A DNA stretch of 64,000 bases from Heteronotia binoei (Eukaryota), in assembly GCF_032191835.1 (NCBI RefSeq), contig NC_083237.1, positions 7,812,001 to 7,876,000 on the forward strand. The letters are read 5' to 3'. Numbering within the stretch: position 1 is the stretch's first letter; every line of letters begins with the position of its first letter. Made by a program: the position numbers and the translations under genes. This document shows positions 62,131 through 64,000 of the stretch, in pieces. Below the pieces are notes generated by a model, which did not search any database, was not told the DNA's origin, and worked only from the letters and a program-made list of their open reading frames with translations.

Positions 62131-63170
62131 CAGTGAGATCTGTACTGGAAAGGTCCAAGTTCTGACCTCCTCCCCCAAAGAAGGTGACCCCAGGAAAGTG
62201 CTAACTGGTAGCCATGTCCCCAGAAAGCACTTTCCTTGGGAGGTGATCTTGGACCTAAATCCCCACTAAACGAGGAGGGCAGGCAGAGAAAACTGAACTG
62301 GAGATCTTGTAGAACTTTGGTGTCTCCAGCATGCCGGGGTGTGTGTGTGTGAAGTATTCTACCACCTACTGAACCACACAAGCTGAACCAGTTTGTAAGG
62401 CAGCTAAAAATTTGAAATAGTCTACGGTTCTCCAGTGGGGAATAACATAAACCACAAATCGAACTGCCCCCCCCCCCGCCAGGTGGATCAGTCCAAAAGT
62501 CCAGGCATGCCATTCTCCTTCCAGCTGGGCCCTCCCCGGAGATCGAGTCTGGGCTGGAAGGAGAAAAAAGAAGGGATTGGAAATGACGTCTCACTATCCC
62601 AAAACCGAGATGTGATTGAAGCACGACTGCGTTTTTAGAGAATGTGTTGTCATGCTAATATTACAATTTGTTTTTTCAGCAAGATGGAATGTCAGCATGC
62701 CCCAAGGTCCTCTCAAAACCTCCTGGGGGTAGCAGTCCACAGCCTGCCATTCCTGTTCCAGCATCCTGTTTCCCACATTGGGTAACCAAATCCCCCTAGA
62801 AAAGAAGCCAAATCTTTCCATTATTATTGACCCCTAGAAAGGAATTTTCAGCTCTGCTGCCCTGGAAGGTGGAGGCACCATTTATTAACTAGGCTGAATA
62901 GCTCTGCCCAGGTTTGTCTACCATGTCTTTTTTTGAGCCATCTTGAGTTCCTCTTAGGGAAGGAAGATGAAATAGGAATATTTTAATTAATGTGAGGAAT
63001 TGCCCTCCATGAATTTATCTAAACCCCTTTGAAAGGCATCACAATTAGTGGACGGAGTGCCAAAAATTAATTCCTGTGTTGTGTGAAGGAATAGTTTTTC
63101 TTGCCTTGAACTCTCTAACCACAGCGTTTATAGTGTGCCTCAATCGCATCCCGGCACAATGAGACCTTAC

Positions 63171-63285
63171 CACAGGAGAGGGCACCTTGGGCATGATCCA
63201 TGGTTTGAGCACTCTGCCCTTGCTCTAAGAAAGTTCCTTCCACTTGAGGGAATGCATCTTCTGTCTTCATGGATGGCTCCCACAT
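63171..63285 (-). CDS. G5 exon 3 (MWEPSMKTEDAFPQVEG...GALSC-G)
   Basis: 115 bp, canonical sites, open frame. Confidence 0.82.
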
Positions 63286-63559
63286 CTAAAACAGCAGTGA
63301 GGGAGAGGGGTAAGAGATGGAATAAACAGACCAATCAATGGATCCTGCCCCACTCCCAGACTATTCAGTTACCTATGAGCAGACCTGGCAAATTATCTGG
63401 AGGGATAAGAAATTCTATAGTAGAAGAGGCTGCTGAAGGGGGCTATTCTATCTCCCATTTGAATGATTAACACTTGGGGAAAAGTTCTGTCAGGAAAAAG
63501 TTTAGGAAAAGATCAGATCTTGTTGCTTGAATTGAACATGCCTGGAAAATGCCCCTCAC

Positions 63560-63982
63560 CTGTTTTGCCTGCCTCTTCCCCTCTGCCTGACTCAGAAAGA
63601 AACCTTCAGCCAGGGCCACTGCCTGGGAACTGGTCTCTGGCCCACACCCTTGGACCCAGCACTGCATCTCCGGGGGCAGGATGGCCAGGAACTGCTCCAG
63701 GATCACCAGATCCAGGATCTGCTCTTTGGTATGCCTCTCTGGCTTCAGCCAGTGGTTGCAAAGTCCATGGAGCTGGCTGCAAACTTCCCGGGGCCCATCA
63801 GCCATGTGGTACTGGAACAGCCGGAACCTTTGGCAATGTATATCTGAGGTCACAATGTCCTTAGCCAGGATCTCTGGAACGGCTCTTTCTTGGAATTCAA
63901 CACCATTCCCAGCTTGCAGGAGAAGGGGGCCTTTGCTTGCTGCCTTGCCAGTTCCAGGTCCTTCTGGGTCCTGTTCTTCCAT
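63560..63982 (-). CDS. G5 SCAN exon; spliced CDS 423+115+1388 = 1926 nt encodes a ~641-aa KRAB-less SCAN-C2H2 protein
   Basis: ORF 63467..63982 with SCAN motif; acceptor tttcacag at 63990-63991; CAG|gtgagg donor. Confidence 0.9.
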
Positions 63983-64000
63983 CTCCCTTCTGTGAAACGA

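Overview
Squamate reptile DNA, probably a gecko (inferred from the Sauria SINE, BovB, CR1/L2 and hAT-MITE content). The window is a tandem cluster of five paralogous SCAN/KRAB/C2H2 zinc-finger transcription-factor units, all on the minus strand and called G1-G5 here. G1 (exons 6490 to <=32) and G2 (18992 to 11701, about 634 aa) are SCAN-linker-KRAB-A-ZF genes. G3 (35.2-31.8 kb) and G5 (63982 to 57795, about 641 aa) have lost the linker and KRAB-A exons without losing frame. G3 also has a mutated SCAN-exon acceptor and a +1 frameshift. G4 (47.4-42.2 kb) has lost SCAN, exon 3 and KRAB, and has a stop plus a frameshift ahead of an open 11-finger array. There is also an inverted, frameshifted SCAN module (49.6-50.6 kb, plus strand), an orphan zinc-finger fragment (27.5-28.1 kb) and a decayed Myb/SANT-like (PIF/Harbinger-type) ORF (30.75-31.08 kb). 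All five zinc-finger arrays (G2-G5 and the orphan) end through a 2-nt deletion in a TGEKP linker. Introns and spacers are dense with CR1, L2, L1, BovB, SINEs and hAT-type MITEs, several with clear target-site duplications. Exon boundaries were read by hand from GT/AG sites and cross-paralog alignment. No database search was run.
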